A stretch of DNA of 61,632 nt, counting the filler, from Sphacelaria rigidula (lineage: Eukaryota), in the NCBI GenBank assembly GCA_964200075.2. It is 11 parts of 11 records of this genome, joined end to end, with 100 filler letters (N's around TTAATTAATTAA, not from the genome) between each part and the next. Parts side by side here need not be neighbours in the genome. Positions count along the whole stretch, not along the records: positions 5,613 to 11,124 come from CAXNAA020026725.1; positions 11,225 to 16,736 come from CAXNAA020026726.1; positions 16,837 to 22,348 come from CAXNAA020026727.1; positions 22,449 to 27,960 come from CAXNAA020026728.1; 7 more parts are not named here. One strand, written 5' to 3'. The notes under the pieces are model-generated. The model ran no database searches. It was not told the origin of the DNA and saw only the letters and a program-made list of their open reading frames with translations. Below are positions 10,626-23,615 of the stretch, in pieces. The position numbers and the translations under genes are program-made. Each line of letters opens with the position of its first letter. Position 1 is the stretch's first letter.

Positions 10626-13600
10626 ACATGTTTTGTTTGCTCTCTCCGCCTCTTCTCTCCTTCCTCGTGACGAGTTCGTATTCTCGATGTACCGGTTCAT
10701 CCCTTCCAGGGAACTTGTCCTACTTCCACTTTGGCGTCGAGCTTTCGGTGTGTACTTCCACTGAAGGTCAATTTTCATCGACTCCTTGTCCTGCACAACC
10801 GTGTAGACCCCCCCTCTTGTAGGAACGCTCCGAGGGTTACTAGCTCATGTCAGTTGTGCACATTCTGAGTGCCCCTGTATACCGGCACGAAGGATGTGGA
10901 CATGCCGTTTTTTCGACGCAATTCTTCGCCACCCACTCGATCACAAAAGTATTTACGTACATCTTTCGTCGAAACAACCTGCCCCCGAAACCAAATTTCA
11001 CATTCAGGTAGCAATATGCGCTTGTGTTCGGGTGGTGCAGTCCCCCTTGTGGGATAAGGGGGGCGTACTCATTTGTTGCTTGCCTTAGTCGTTTGACCAT
11101 TGACCACGCATCCCTTTCGAGACGNNNNNNNNNNNNNNNNNNNNNNNNNNNNNNNNNNNNNNNNNNNNTTAATTAATTAANNNNNNNNNNNNNNNNNNNN
11201 NNNNNNNNNNNNNNNNNNNNNNNNAAAGATATGGAAATAGGTAGTCAGTGTAAGGAAAAGGGTATTAGAGGCGGGGGGTGGTAGGGGGGGGGGGTAGTGT
11301 GGGTCCAGATTTTTTTTTCTGAGCGCCCTTGCCCCAACCTCTATGAAGAAAAAAAAATCAAGGCCCATTTTTTTTTTATCCGGCACTCTTTTGTGGTCTT
11401 CCATGCCAACTTTAAAATCAAAGTTCTAAAACTTGGGCTTAAACATTGAGATGAGTCGTAACAGCGATGTACATTTCTCCTCAAAACTCCACAAAAAAAC
11501 AAAAGAAAATGAAAAAAACTAAAGAGGTAACAAGCTGTTTTTATTTCTTTCTATTATGCACTAGCGGTTCACCACACGAAATTTTATGGAACAACTCTCA
11601 AAAACTTGGACGCCATATCCAGATTCAGGGCATCTAGTGCCTCTGCTCGAAATATATTGACTTTAGTATAGAAAATTGTGTGCGTCATATCTCGGGATAG
11701 ATAACGAATCAGGTGAAGGTGAGGGTATCTGTCGTCTCCCCTTGCTCCAGAGAATATTCACACCGAAACTCGTTGCCATCCGCTAAATGCATCGACCGGG
11801 GGTTCCATAGAGATTTCAGTGTAGGCGCTACCTCCCTCAAGTATAGGAATTAACTAGACATGGGGTTTAATCAACGAGAAAATGTGGGCCCAAAATTTTG
11901 AGCAGATGGGCACCTTCCCCTTGATTAGACAATTAAGACGATATGCCGATCACGGAGATNNNNNNNNNNAGCACCTGCAGGCCACGCCCCAGCTCGTCTG
12001 CCGACACGACCGTTTTCTTCCCTATAATCTGGCAGTCTTTTTTTTTTTCCAAGTGCAAGCGAAAACGATAACTATCGGGAATTTGATCGAGGAAAAACGT
12101 TGCAGCCCAGTCCCAGTTGGATACATGTGCCTGTGCTCGTTGTATGTTACATTCGGCACGGAGTTCCTCTCCCATGATGGAGCCGCTGACGAGCTTGGTG
12201 CCATCTCGCAGCATTCCCGGTGCGCACTCTTGACTGTGCGTGTCGAAGTTGTCAAACGTAATCCCGCCGCGTTTCATAAAAAAAAACCTAAGAATACCCT
12301 CTCAGCCCACGAATTTGAACTCACTCGATACTTAACGCAGTACAACAACGTCATCGCCAAAAACGGCGCCAATCGACCAGCAGCGGAGCCGCGCATTGCC
12401 AGGTTGGTCTGCAGTTCACAGCGATAATGCTAACATCGGGCTGATTCGGGAAACTTGAGAAGTTACTGTGTGCTGAACTTTTGTTCGTTTTACCGCTGGC
12501 CCAGCCCGTGGTCCATGCTTAAGTCGTTATGTATATGGGATTGGTTTTGTGGACGTATGGCCACGTACGTGCTCGGTCTTCTAGGCGAGAACCCGAACCC
12601 ACGGCCTGTTCGAGAAAGACAATCCACTTCGTCAATCATGAGAGGACGGAGTATGTGCCTTGCTTTGTCTCCGACTTATGTTTCGTTCACATTTTCATCA
12701 ACCACCCCACACTTCTTTCGCGTCCCCCCTTCAAAAACACCGTCTCGAAAGGGATGCGTGGTCAAATGGTCGAACTACTAAGGCAAGCAACAAATGAGTA
12801 CGCCACGCCCCCCCCCCCCTCCACAAACAACACCACAACAAAAAAAAAAAAAAAAAACAAAACANNNNNNNNNNCCCCCCCCCAACAACACCCACAGAGA
12901 AAGGGGGGGGGAGAAGAACAAAACCAAACCCAAAAAACAAAAAAAAACACCCCCCCCCCCCCCCCCCCCCCCCTTCAAGAATAAGCCGCAACAGAATAAA
13001 AAACACAGCTTGTGCTGTCGGCATCGCTGTAGCTAATGAGCAACTCCCGCCGCTATTTCTCCTCCTTTTGTTTCCCCTTTCCTATCCTTTGTTTTCTCCC
13101 TTGCTACAGGCACCAATGCGGTCGGCGGGGTGGGCGGGGCAACGCCTGCACCCGTCTGCCCGATACTAATCTCCCAAAATTGTTTCTTCGCTTCGGAGAT
13201 CATGGCCGACAGCACAGGAGGCGGTGGCGTTGGGCGCTCTTTGATCGCCTTCGCTTGTCCCGTTCAACTTCGATTTCCTCCGTATACGCAGGTACCCACT
13301 ATTCCCATACAGCATCATATTTTCTCTGAAGATCTAGACATTCCTCATACGACGAGCCCTACGTGTTAGTAGCCTCTAGTAGGCGACTCTACCGCGAGTA
13401 TGGCGTGGTTGGTATGCGGAGTACATGTTAGAAGCGAAAAGTAAAAGAATCACCCGAAGGCGACTAAAAGTCAACCGTAGCGTTATCCATGATGAAGACC
13501 TCACTATGCCATAATATCATTTTCCCGAAAGATCCCCACGAGGTATATCTGATAAGCGGGTCGCACAGTTTACGGCTGCGTGGTCACCGCGGTGGTGTCT

Positions 13601-15104
13601 GTAGTCTATTCAAAGCACACGTCATGACGTGGATGTTTGATGGAGGCCGAGTTGTGTTCTTGTGTCTGTTTCTGGCTTTTTGAGCGCTTCCGTGGTTTTT
13701 GCTTGATTTCATGTGTACCAAAGTAATGCAATTTGTCTTTTTTTTTTTTTTTTTTCTTTCTTTTTATGGATATATTTATAGGTGGGGTCGGAAGTAGTTT
13801 GGNNNNNNNNNNGGGTTGTGGTGTGTGTCCTTGGTTTTTGCTTGATTTCATGTGTGCGATGGTAATGGGTTTTGTTTTTTTTTTTTTTCTTCTCTCTCTA
13901 TATATGGATATATGAAGAGGCGAGGTCGGAAGAAGATCGGGCTGAGATTTTTAGAGAAGAAATTATTTTTAGTCTCGGCGACGAGCGCTGCACCGAATTC
14001 CAAAAAATGGAGGTCATGGTCAACCTTTTGGATCAGGTAAGACACTCGGGCTAATCTTGATTTTGAGGTTCTCATGAGCGGGCCGCTACTGCATGAAAAT
14101 ATGAAAAAATGAGTGACAATAATGAATGTAACGGTGAAAAATGATGTATCCAAGACTATTGAAAAAAAAACCCCAGGGAGCATGAAACACGTACTTGATA
14201 TTGAGCCAGCCGTTTCTCTATTCACAGTTTTTTTTTGCCAGAAAAAACAAGTGAGTGCGGTTGGTTCATATTGCTTAAAGCTAGCCCCGCAAATCCGTGC
14301 CCGAAACATTCCTCCAACCCCCCCACCAGTCCCCTTCCCTCCCCGACTACGGCATACAAGATCATGAGTACCCCCTCCCCTCCCACAACATACACACAGG
14401 CCAAGAAGACAACACACACACACAGGCGCGCGCGCGCAAATATTTTCGTAAGGAGGGGTAAAAAGTTGACCTGAAGAAAAGGTTCTTCAATGCCGCGCAA
14501 AATCAAGCAGATTAATCGATGGAGACGTGAGCACCTACTAGAAGTGTTTCAGCAATATAATATATATATATATATTGCGTCATTTTGGTTTTGCCTTGAC
14601 CCACCACGTGCAGCGTACGGTACGCTCCGGCCGCATTCGCAGGATTTGCACTCTATACTTGCTGCAGACCGTCGTTCTGTTTTTGCTGACGAGGCACTAT
14701 TAACCCAGGTGGCACATGTATTATAGCCTCCGGTTTCTCTGCAAGCGACGTGAGGTCCCCAACCCTGCCGCATCCAGCTCCACGCCGATTCTTCCGTTAA
14801 TCCGATGCAGGAATTTGTTGTACCCGCGGCACACGTAATCCCCGCGAAGCATAGCTTTCCAACCAACACAGCTTTTGAATGACCATGTGCCAATACCGAC
14901 CGCGCTTCTCAGCATCACATCCCAAAACGAAATTTTCCCGACCCATTCGGTATCGCTACTGCCCATGAAAGAACTTTGTTTCGCACTTCATCATCTTATT
15001 TTAACACAAATTTTGCACTTGCAGTGAACCGTAGTCCCCGGTCCGGATGTCGGAGTCGTGTGGTCCTGACATGTCAGAGTCGTAACCTGCTGCCTCGCTT
15101 TGTG

Positions 15105-15527
15105 CAGGGAGGGATACGTGACACACGTGACACATTTGAAAAAACCGGGGAAAACGTAACTTTGGGCCATTTAACGCTACGTACGGTTTGATTTTTTGGA
15201 CGGGACAAACGCAACGTAACGGGATGTAACTTGTGGACCTTGAAGCAGTGTCTCTTGGTGTTTTCCAGATGTGAAAAAGGGCTATTTTTGTGAATTTTTT
15301 AACGTGACACGTGACACGTTACATATTCACGAAAACAAGCAGAGTTTTTGTCACATTTGAAAAGTAAAACGCAATGTTGGGGTTCATGCGAAGGACCACA
15401 CGTTACATCACGTTACGTTACATGTGTCCCGTCCACAAAATCAAATCTTACGTAGCATTATATGACCCAAAGTTACGTTTTTTCGAATGTGTCACGTTAA
15501 AATGTCACGTGTCACGTATCCCTCCTC
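15105..15527. mobile_element. MITE rich in ACGT/CACGTG motifs (possibly hAT-type)
   Basis: TIR ggagggatacgtgacac / gtgtcacgtatccctcc with extended subterminal inverted similarity. Confidence 0.7.
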
Positions 15528-15534
15528 GGTTTCA

Positions 15535-15810
15535 TGTCACTTTCTACGGTAGCCCTTCCCCCCCCCAAAAAAAGAAGAAAAAAGTGGCTGGTTTGGGGAG
15601 GCAAGATGTACACGTAAATCGATGTGAAGAAAGCCGGACAAAACGAGCAGCTGGGAATTCCAACGCTTGGGTCCGTTTTCGTCAATGTCGCCCATATGAT
15701 GTGCTTCATGCCGCCTGAAACCAAACATCAGGCAGGCCCTGTATGACCATTTTCTTCGTAACAGTTTCGGCTTTTTTTCTGGGGGGGGGGAGCTGTCGTA
15801 GAAAGTGTCT
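15535..15810. mobile_element. Second copy of mariner-type MITE (family of 4271-4521)
   Basis: cactttctacggtag ... ctgtcgtagaaagtgtc, body colinear with 4271-4521. Confidence 0.85.
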
Positions 15811-16289
15811 TGTTCGGTTTCGTTCTGCTGCGATTTCACGCGAAGCCTTGCAACGTATGAGTAGGTCTTCCGTTTCTGTTTTGGTGCTCCGCGACCGGCA
15901 CTATTCAGATATTCTCCTGATGTTTTTTTTTTCTTTTTTTTCTTTTTTTTTGTCGTTGTTGTCTTGTGCAGCCTGTACAATGGTTGTTGTCTGCTCCTCC
16001 TCCTTCGTCTTTTTTCGCCTGCTCGTTTTCCCTTTGAGGTAGCATTCCGGATTATTTTTTATTTGGCGAAACGCCTCGGATACCTTTACCGTGTGACCAC
16101 GGCTGACTGCGTTTTCGGACAAGTTATTGTTCTTGTGCATCAATACAATACAATGCGATCAATCAAAGGTGCAGGGTATACGTTATCTAGGTGGTTGGAG
16201 TAATCAATAGCAGTAGGGTGCGCGCGCGTGTGTGTGTTAAGGTTGTTGAGTTGGTCGTTCCATCCCCGCCCCCCCTCCCGAATCTGACC

Positions 16290-16736
16290 CCAATCTGGAC
16301 CCCCTATGGGGTTGGCGTCGGTTGACAAGGACGGTGTAAAACACGCCACTCTCTGCGTGAGCCAGGCAACCAGGTTACCTTTTTGGGGGGGCGCTTGCGT
16401 TTTTTTCGCGGTCATCATGATTGTGGTCGAGCTAGATCATGATGTGCGGGGTTGGAGAACCTCTATTCCGTGCAAAGGACATGATCATACTATAAAATTC
16501 GTGGTGTTTAATGGTGTGACCCACGGTTGTCTCTAGAAGTGGCGATACCAGAAAATGAAACAACTCATCAGAGGCTGTCATCCAAGTGCAAGATTGTCAG
16601 TACGCTTCGGGCCGAACAATCTTAGCAGGATGCAACTCCCCCTTTATGCGACTCGCCGAACAAATCACGGCGCTCCGCGCTTGGTAATCGATTGCGAGCC
16701 TGGTCCGGCGAGAACCCGGCGTGCTCCGTCCCGGCT
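16290..16736 (+). mobile_element. Family A non-coding retro-like dispersed repeat (other pieces 5613-5680, 14345-14372, 21690-22140, 23455-23600, 28810-29300, 36241-36333, 50509-51000)
   Basis: Shared blocks such as cctggtccggcgagaacccggcgtgctccgtcccggc, aaaatgaagcagctcat, and terminal gatcatgagtacaccc. Confidence 0.85.
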
Positions 16737-17427
16737 NNNNNNNNNNNNNNNNNNNNNNNNNNNNNNNNNNNNNNNNNNNNTTAATTAATTAANNNNNNNN
16801 NNNNNNNNNNNNNNNNNNNNNNNNNNNNNNNNNNNNAGAAAGGGAGTACATATGGCTAACCTCAGAAGATCCGGTGCCGCAGGTGGCCATTCGGACTTCA
16901 GGGGGTGGCATACATTCCTGTATACATTTTGTTTCTTACCTTCCTCTGCGGGCTGCTTGTTTTATGGAAATAGATGGTATGCTCCTTGCTCTTTGTGACC
17001 ACGAGTTGGAGAGATCGAGCTGATGTGACGGAAATGATAAATAACGAATACAGTAGTAACAATTCATGTACCACGCTACGGGCTTTTTCGTCTTTTGTTC
17101 ACCTATTGTTGTTTGTCTTCATATTAAAAACCATTCCGATATCTGCCCGTACATTCGTACTGGGCATATGATGCGGACAAAACGCCTTCCGTGGTCACCG
17201 GCTAGCTACCTATAATAAGGTATGAGGAAACCAAAAAAAAAAAAAAGACTCAAATAAAAAAAACTCACAACACACGATACCAGCAAAACAGGAATATATG
17301 ATAAAAGAAGAAAGACAAAAAACATGGCAAACCTCAGAAGATCCGGTGCCGCAGCAACCTATTGAATTCCACGTAATATGATACCAATTAGTGTACGATG
17401 CTACGGGCTTTTTCGTCTCTTGTTCAC

Positions 17428-17504
17428 CTATTGAATCCCAAGATCCTGAGCACCTCGTACTTCTCGCGAACAACGTCACCCTTCGGCTGCAAGGGCCCAG
17501 GCAT
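17428..17504 (-). CDS. Internal exon of a phospholipid-transporting P4-type ATPase
   Basis: tgtgcAG acceptor, AG/GTgaac donor. Encodes MPGPLQPKGDVVREKYEVLRILGFN(S), matching the P4-ATPase N-domain YEvL.ilEFNS.RKRMS motif. Confidence 0.75.
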
Positions 17505-17817
17505 CTGCACAAACACACGAAACGCACGCGCACGCAGTAGATGAGAGGGACCGACGGGGCAGGAGTCGTGCCCACGGTCAGGGTCAAAAGATGACAGACA
17601 CACCAAGACATGAAGGAAGCACAACAACAGCACCACACAGAACGCAACCACAAAAAGTAAACATAAAACGTGCCCACACAACACAACTATGGATGGGCAC
17701 GCATTCGTTGGCTGCACGATTGATGGGTTAATTGATCGCTTCGTAATTTCATCGGCTGATCGATTGATGGGTTAACTGATTCATTGATTCATTAATTAGT
17801 TGGGTGATTAATCGTTT

Positions 17818-18074
17818 CACGGATCGGACGAACAAATGATTCGTCTGGGAATTACTTGATTGTCATGTAATTGATTCGCACCGTATGAATCAATCCTCGG
17901 GATTCTTTTTCAGCGTTGCAGCTCAGGTACGCGCAGCCCAGGCACGTGGAATGGCGCAAAAATTGCTTGGAGATTTTTTGACGAGCGGTCAACTTTTTTC
18001 TCTCTTGCGAGCAATCAGGCCTGAGAAATCATGGATTTGGTAATTCGAACCGGCGATGATTCGTCCGAACCGTG
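17818..18074. mobile_element. CACGG-ended MITE type 1 (~257 bp), 8-bp TSD
   Basis: TIR cacgg.tcggacgaa / ttcgtccgaaccgtg; flanks aatcgttt / gatcgttt. Copies at 40449 and 47435. Confidence 0.85.
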
Positions 18075-18233
18075 GATCGTTTGGTAAATTCATTGTCCGA
18101 TCGATTGATGGAATAATGGAATGAGTAATTGATTGACTGGTTTATTCATTGGCTGATCAATTCGAGTATTTGAATGGTCAATTGATTGATTGATCGGGTG
18201 ATGGATTGATAGGTTGACTTATTGATTGATTGA

Positions 18234-19054
18234 GGGCGCGTCTTAGCATATCTTATTTCGACCGAAAACATGGGGCGGTGGAATTGATTTCAGCGAAATT
18301 TGCACATTCTTCTCGTGTTGGGTTCAAGCGAATTTCAATATTTTGATCGAAAAAGACTGAAATTCGTGAAACGGTACATGATCACTTGTGTACAGTGCAC
18401 ACAGTCGTACTGTCTGTGCACTGTTTGCATGCAGTGTCTCGAGTGCGTGTGTACGTGTTTCGTACAATAGGATGTGAACGAGAAACGGGCAACGTGCAGT
18501 GCAGACAGCCCAGAACTATCTGTTCTCTCTGCTTACAATGCGACGTGAAAAGGACTTCAGCGACGTGCAGCCTTGTATTGCCTGCACTGTCCATGAAAGC
18601 GCACGCAACTCGGTTGCTCACCCTACTACGCAGTTCCGTCGCTGATCCCTGCCATGAAAGAAGATGCAAGCTTCGCCAACAAAAAATAAGCAAGGCATAC
18701 CCAACTACTGCTGTGTATCTATCCCCGTGCTTAACTGGTGCTGTATGCTGCAGGGTTGCGGTGATAACTGAGAACGAGTTGGATGGAGTTTGCATGGTTC
18801 TGTGAACCGGTGGTATCTGGCGTGGTTGTCTGTAAGATGGGTATCAAGTGCCCCTTAGCTAGGAGCAGCAATGCGGTGGATCTATCAGATCCAAAATTAT
18901 CTGTTCCGCCGCAATTTTTCGATCGAAAATAATGCGCGACGACACGCCCTGAAAATTCGTTTGGACCCAACTCGAAAACAAATTAGTGAACTTCGCTCAA
19001 ATCAATTCCACCGCCCCATTTTTTCGATCGGAAAAAATGTGCCAAGACACGCCT
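18234..19054. mobile_element. PIF/Harbinger-like non-autonomous element
   Basis: TIR gggcgcgtcttagca...ggggcggtggaattgattt / aaatcaattccaccgcccc...tgccaagacacgcct; 3-bp TGA on both flanks. Confidence 0.7.
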
Positions 19055-20386
19055 TGATACCCTGGAGAACAGTTCATCAATAACAGTTGCAACAGAGAAA
19101 AAGTGTACTGCGTTAGGCTTAGCCTATTGCGCCCATTGTTCCTCGATATGGCTGACTGAACTTCCCACAGTACACCCTTTTTCTATCGCAAACATTGACC
19201 ACCTGTTGTCCAGGGTGTATATGAATCGATTGCTTGACTAACTGTCGCACACGAATCTACGGGCACCTTCAAAACAAACACGGACACGCACACGCGTAAA
19301 ACCACGGGCACGTATTGAACTGATTGATCGGTCGATTGATTGATTTCCGCGCGTTAGCCTAACCTATGCGGACCACTCCAGAAAAAGAAAATAAACTGAA
19401 TGTAAACAAATAAAACTGGGTACAACACGTATTTGATTTGACGAATGATCGATTGATTAGGTGCCGCGCATCAATCAAAGCGCATCTACGTTCCCTTTGC
19501 TTTTTTTTCCATCCACTCGTAACTTTTCTCCTTCCTCAGGACGAGTCTCCGGTGTCCCCCTCGAGAGATCAACCCACCCGTCTCTCTCCCAGGGACGACA
19601 ACACGCGTCTCGCTGCTGTACCACGGATTGGATAATGACGAACACATACTCTCTCACCGCGTCGACAGTCGTCTGACACACTCAGTCAAACAGACTCTTC
19701 GCCACCCACTCCTCAACCGTTTCAATAACGGAAATGAGGTACGTACTTCTAAGAAAAAAAAAAAAAAAAGTCAAACTAGACGCATCTAGCGGGATTTCAA
19801 TCGAGCCCATGTTTCCCTCCATCCAAGACTGATTCTTGCGGTTGGTATTGTTTTGTTTTATTTTTTCGGGGAGGGGGAGAATTTGCCACTATCGGGAGAT
19901 TCGACACGTTTTTTTGAACCCAGAGAATATCTCGTCACACGTTTTCGACACGGTGTATCACCCCATCGAGAAGAGACTGGCCAACTTTTCCCGATTCACT
20001 TGACCCTGAGGTTTCGACAATCTCTGAACAAAAAAATAGCTAGGCAAAAAAAATACGGTGTCCTAACAATGTTTGAAAATCTGCACACCCCACACTTTCT
20101 CGTCCAGCTACTGTATATTCTTGTTCGGAGACTAAACTCGAAACATCGGAGCCACGCGCATTGGAAAAGTGGGAAGATTCCTCTCGATGAGGTGACATGC
20201 AGTGTTCAAGATATGTGGGAGAGATATTTCCTGTTTGAGTTGGAAAAAAAAAGTGTCAGATGTCCCCAAAGAGGAAAATACGCAACCTCAAAATACCAAC
20301 CTTACGAAACACTCAAAATAGTGATTACGTCAGTTATTAGTGATGGTCGTGTCATTGGACGACCGAAGCGCGGGGGTACAAAAAAC

Positions 20387-20458
20387 CGAAGCTGCCGGGA
20401 ATTGAACCCGGATCTCAACCGTGACAGGGTCGAATTCTAACCATTATACCACAGCTCC
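20387..20458 (-). tRNA. trnD-GTC: tRNA-Asp (GTC)
   Basis: 72-nt cloverleaf: acceptor GGAGCTG/CAGCTTC, anticodon arm CGACC-CTGTCAC-GGTTG, T arm CCGGG-TTCAATT-CCCGG, G73. Followed by a T6 Pol III terminator; one D-stem mismatch. Confidence 0.88.
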
Positions 20459-23400
20459 CATGTCTGTGCTGGTGACAAAATGTGAACATATAAACATGGA
20501 AATGTGTTGAGTGACTGATTGATCGTCACATCAGACATTAACAACAGTTGTCGTCCTAAAAAATCACAAGTACCAGGCCTGAGCCGGTGAGTGGCCTGCG
20601 GAATACTGTTCTGAATTTCGACCATCCCGGTTTCTGAATCGCCCCCGCCTCATCTCAATTTTGAGAGCTGGACTTTCAAATTTTAATTTGGTACGGAGAA
20701 TGAAGACGAATACGTAGAGCATAATGAAAAAGGGATCGGGACGATGAATTTTTATTCATGAGTTGGCATTATACTAAAAACTGGACTGATTATCACCTTC
20801 AACTCGTGAAAAAAAAACTTATATTCCCGATTCTTTTTTCTCCCCCATCATGCCCTACTGTTATCAGAGAGCCCGTTTTCAGACTAAAAGAAGCGGCCTC
20901 AACGAATGCTTCAGTTTTGATTTTGTCTCGGGTACGTCCATCATCCGGATAATGACCACGGCTGGATCATGACTCCTGGGGACTCAAGTGAAAGCGTGAC
21001 AAAATCAATCAAATCACACCATCAATTCAAGAATCATATTCGGACCTTTACAGCTTTTGTGCAGTAGAGTCCACCACTTAGTAGGTATAGAAATTTATTA
21101 CTTGGTTTTAGTGGGGACACCGAAATCCGGATCTTTCATGGGGGACTGTGCTTCTGGAGTGCGCAGAACGCGTTTTCGTCTGAATCGGATCTGCATGCGC
21201 GGATTTGAGGCGTTGGGGTGACGGTTAGGGTTAGGGTTTCTAGAGTTAGAGTTATTCGAGATCATAAATTTCCGAGAAAAGTTCCATACCTACCAAGGGG
21301 TAAACTAACCTCCTCTTATGTACCGTACCCTGGACAACAGACAGGATTGGCAAGAAGTGTACCGCGTACGGTATTGAGTATTTTGCTCATTCCTCCTATA
21401 AGCAATAGATTCGGATGGGTTATCGTTTGAGAGGTTCCCTGCTTCCCACGCCCGTTGTACACATCGAGAGATCGTGAATGATTCACCTACTTTGCTGCTT
21501 GCTCACCCGTCGCCGGTAAATGACAGCGCTCGTGTCAATCCGTTCGGCGAACTCGAAACCGAAGTACTTGGCACCCAGAACGAGAGCTTCGTCGTCCGGG
21601 CTCGACGCCGACAGCACGGTCTGGTTCGTTTCGTTTTATTCAGATGAATACGGGGGGGGCGAGGCGGTTGGGAAAGCGCACGCGCAGGGAGGGTGGCGGG
21701 GTACTCATGATTAGCACGCCATAGTCGTAAGACTGTTGATCTTGCATCCCTACAAGCCGGGACGGAGTACGCCGGGTTTTCGCCGGACCAGGCTCGCAGT
21801 CACCAAGCGCGAAGCGCTGTGATGCGTTCGGTGAGTCGAATGACGGGTCACCTGCACCTTGCTCCGATGGCTCGGCCCAAACCGTACTGATTATCTTGCG
21901 TATGAATGACAGCCTACAATGAGTTGCTTCATTTTCTGGTATCGCCACTTCCAAATACAGCCACGGCTTACACACTGCTTCATGGATGTATCACCATATG
22001 AACACTACCGTGTATGAAGTGTCCGATCATCCCCTCTACACGGAGTTCGGCCGGGCGGGGAGGGGGCGCGGTATAGTCCTGATTTTGAATGTCGTGGTCA
22101 CATGACCATTGAGCTCGCATCCCTACAAAGCCGGGGCCGTTGGGAGGAGTCCTCATCTTTTGCTTGCCTTAGTCATTTGACCATGAACCACGCATCCCTT
22201 TCGAGAAAGAGCATCGTTTCTACTCCCAACAGCGGGCACCTCCAACATTTGGGCGCCTATTACGTTTTTTTTTTTTTCTATTTTTTTCTTAAAAACTTTT
22301 TTTCTTTTTGTTTTTTCTTTTTGTTTTTCTGTTTTTGGCCATTATTTTNNNNNNNNNNNNNNNNNNNNNNNNNNNNNNNNNNNNNNNNNNNNTTAATTAA
22401 TTAANNNNNNNNNNNNNNNNNNNNNNNNNNNNNNNNNNNNNNNNNNNNCCCACTATTGGGCTCGTTCGCAGCAATTTCACCCGCATGAGAGACGTGTAGC
22501 AATCCGAAATCAGCCATAACGCCCAAATGAGTCGCGTCGTGCAGCACGCAACCAGCTCTAACGGTATTTATGATCATCACCCCCAGTGCACGTTTTTGGC
22601 CGGTTCGGGGGGGTGCTATCTCGGCAGCAGTCATGGCAAGGTGATACCTCTTGTATCAGCCAACTCTATCTTGTGTAACAGGGGCACAACAGGTATAGAG
22701 TGTCTCCGGCACCCCAAGGCCCACGCGGGGAAGATTCTCGCACCTAGTAGATCAAATAGGAAGCTGGTTCTCACTTTATTCATCTGAAGGCTCTCGCTCC
22801 TAGCATTCACCAGTAATCACCAGAGACTATGTAGCGGTTGACGGCTGAACACCTGAGCTGAGAGCGGGACAGGTAGGGGAGATCAAAACCTCTCCTTGGT
22901 CCTACTGTCTGTAGTCGGGAGGCGTGCTGCCCCCCGGGGTCTGGGGGAAACACCAATCTGATCTACACCAGCCCCGGAGCGTATTTGCCCCACGGAACCT
23001 CTCAAAGTTCCGTGTGCCTACACATGAAGATCGTTTATGTGTACAATGCTTGTGATCTGCGAGTCTGAGGAGGAGATACTGCAAGTGTATCTTTACCTTG
23101 TGAAGCTATTGTCGAAGGCATATAACAGGGACTGTTTTCCCGGTATACGAAGCGCAATGAGAACATTGGTTAGTGTGAGCACCCCCGGTCGCCTTCCGTT
23201 GAGGTGCATTTACATTCTGTCCCCTGTCGGATGACGAAAAAACAATAGATTGATCCCTGTGGGCAGGTAACCAATTATCCAGTCGTGCGTGACCGTCGCG
23301 CTTTGCAGTGCGTCCCCCTTCGAAATTTGTTATGCTACACAATGCCCACCCCTCGCATGCAACTCAAATCACCCGGATATACGTTCGGAACACTTTACCT

Positions 23401-23615
23401 ACTTCATCGTCTACATAGTGGCGCGACAAGCTATTATTTCATAAGTGCGGAAGGGGGGGTGTACTCATGATCTTGCATGCCGTAGTCACACGACCACTGA
23501 CCTCGCATCCCTACAGAGGCGGGACGGAGCACGCCGGGTTCGCGCCGGACCAGGCTCGCAATCAATCACCAAGCGTGACAAGGTTGTGATGCGTGCAACT
23601 AAACGTGCACGGAGG

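Noticed and set aside
12800..13000. Poly-A/poly-C tracts encoding Lys/Pro-rich ORFs
   Set aside because: Low-quality homopolymer sequence flanking 10-N gaps.
12455..13600. Decayed piggyBac transposase (PVVHA..YMG..VD; Cys/His-like tail)
   Set aside because: Motifs too degenerate; no TTAA-flanked TIRs confirmed.
19853..20440. 195-aa ORF
   Set aside because: Non-ATG start, no recognisable domain, overlaps the tRNA antisense.
22449..23340. DIRS/Ngaro tyrosine recombinase remnant
   Set aside because: Only vague resemblance; no RHRY catalytic residues identifiable.
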